From: Leucoraja ocellata
Lineage: Eukaryota
Reading direction: 5' to 3'
NCBI GenBank assembly: GCA_036785375.1
Contig: JAWMAR010000578.1
Span: forward strand, 868,001-932,000
DNA: 64,000 nucleotides
This document shows, one piece after another, positions 62,860 through 64,000 of this stretch; the first letter of the stretch is position 1; every line of letters begins with the position of its first letter. A program made the translations under genes and the position numbers. The notes under the pieces were generated by a model that made no database searches, had not been told where the DNA came from, and saw nothing but the letters and a program-made list of their open reading frames with translations.

Positions 62860-63090
62860 CATCTCCTGTCAACTTTCCTCTTCACTCCTCACCACGACCA
62901 ATCAACCGGGACAATTTACAGAGGCTAGTTTTCCTACCAACCTGCATATCTGTGGCATGCGGAATAAACCGGAGCACCGGTGGAATGTCTACGCGTTGAA
63001 GGGGAGAACTATATATGGACGCACGCAGGATCTGGGTCGAACTTGGGTCGCTGAAATTTTGGGCAGCGCTAACCAATGTAGCGCTGTATA
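62860..63090 (-). mobile_element. Degenerate V-SINE
   Basis: Reverse complement of a HE1-like head and V-domain. Confidence 0.6.
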
Positions 63091-64000
63091 TATCCAGATG
63101 TCACCAATATCAATAATCAATACGCAGGCCGTAGTTGCATTGATGAAAGCTTGGGCCACACAATTGTTTAATACCTGGGATGGAGGGCTCGAGTGATACA
63201 GCTTTTGGCCCGGGACGTTTCTCCACAATGCTAACCGAGCAATTTGAGCATGATAGAGTTATACTAATAGTTATTAAGAAGGAAATGCAGATGTCTGGAG
63301 AAGGATCTCGACCCGAACCGTCACCCATTCCTTCTCTCCAGAGATGCTGCCTGCCCGTTAAGTTACTCCAGCTTTTTGTGTCTATTTATTGATAATTAGT
63401 ATCGCCGTGCAAATATTAGACACTTCTTCAATAAGTACAATACGCGAATGGGAAATCCAAATTAGACTACGTTTCTTCTACAATTTTGCCATTTTCCAAA
63501 TGTACTCGGTTTGTTGAAGACGTTTGGTCTGAATAAGATTTCACTTATATCAGCACAGAGTGGGTATTTGCGAACGCTGATCTACCTCCGTCGGATCTAC
63601 AATCAGTAGGTAGTTAGTAGGAGGCCTCTTGTTAAATCGCTCTACGAGTTGATGACTACGAGTTTAATAAGTTTTAAATATTTTTACATTCCGTTTCTTT
63701 AGTAACAGGTTGTTGGATCGGTTTCTTTATTGAACTCAGAGGAGACCTCGATGCTTATTCTCAGCCTCGGCGAGTGCATCATCAGCTAAAACGTAAAATT
63801 AATCTGTGGCACGAACACAGATCTATTTAGATAGAATGAATAATTGGGGGGAAACGTGGAGAGACTGATTCTTGTGGGTAACGTGGTTGAGTCATGTAAG
63901 AATGTAATTGTAAGGACGGGAGCTCAGGCGTTTGCCCCAATGCCGTTAAATCTTACTCGTATTTTATAAAGGTTAAGGGTTTAATGAGAATCCTCGGAGT

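Overview
Eukaryotic genomic DNA, most likely from a cartilaginous fish (skate or ray), judged from HE1-like V-SINEs, dense CR1 LINE debris and Penelope-associated repeats. The left half holds AMFR coding exon 1 (minus strand) facing a complete 7-exon NUDT21/CFIm25 gene (plus strand, 226 aa); the ~6.8 kb between them is filled with nested transposons. The right half holds a cluster of non-rearranging antigen-receptor-like Ig genes. Gene A (minus) is leader - germline-joined NKp30-like VJ domain - C1 domain - uncharged TM - cytoplasmic exon. Gene B (minus, 5' part beyond the window) has a C1 exon ~95% identical to gene A's but an Arg-containing TM and a short tail. Between them is a probable decayed plus-strand V + Arg-TM relic. 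Together these look like a paired activating/non-activating receptor system homogenised by exon-limited gene conversion. Other points: ~15 hammerhead-ribozyme-like cores in a short Penelope-linked repeat, a Helitron inserted at an AT site inside a CR1, a long-TIR MITE upstream of AMFR, a young CORE/L2-type tRNA SINE, and a UGUA cluster in the NUDT21 3' UTR. Exon coordinates were read by eye from splice signals and frame continuity; repeat boundaries are approximate; comparisons with human proteins are from memory.
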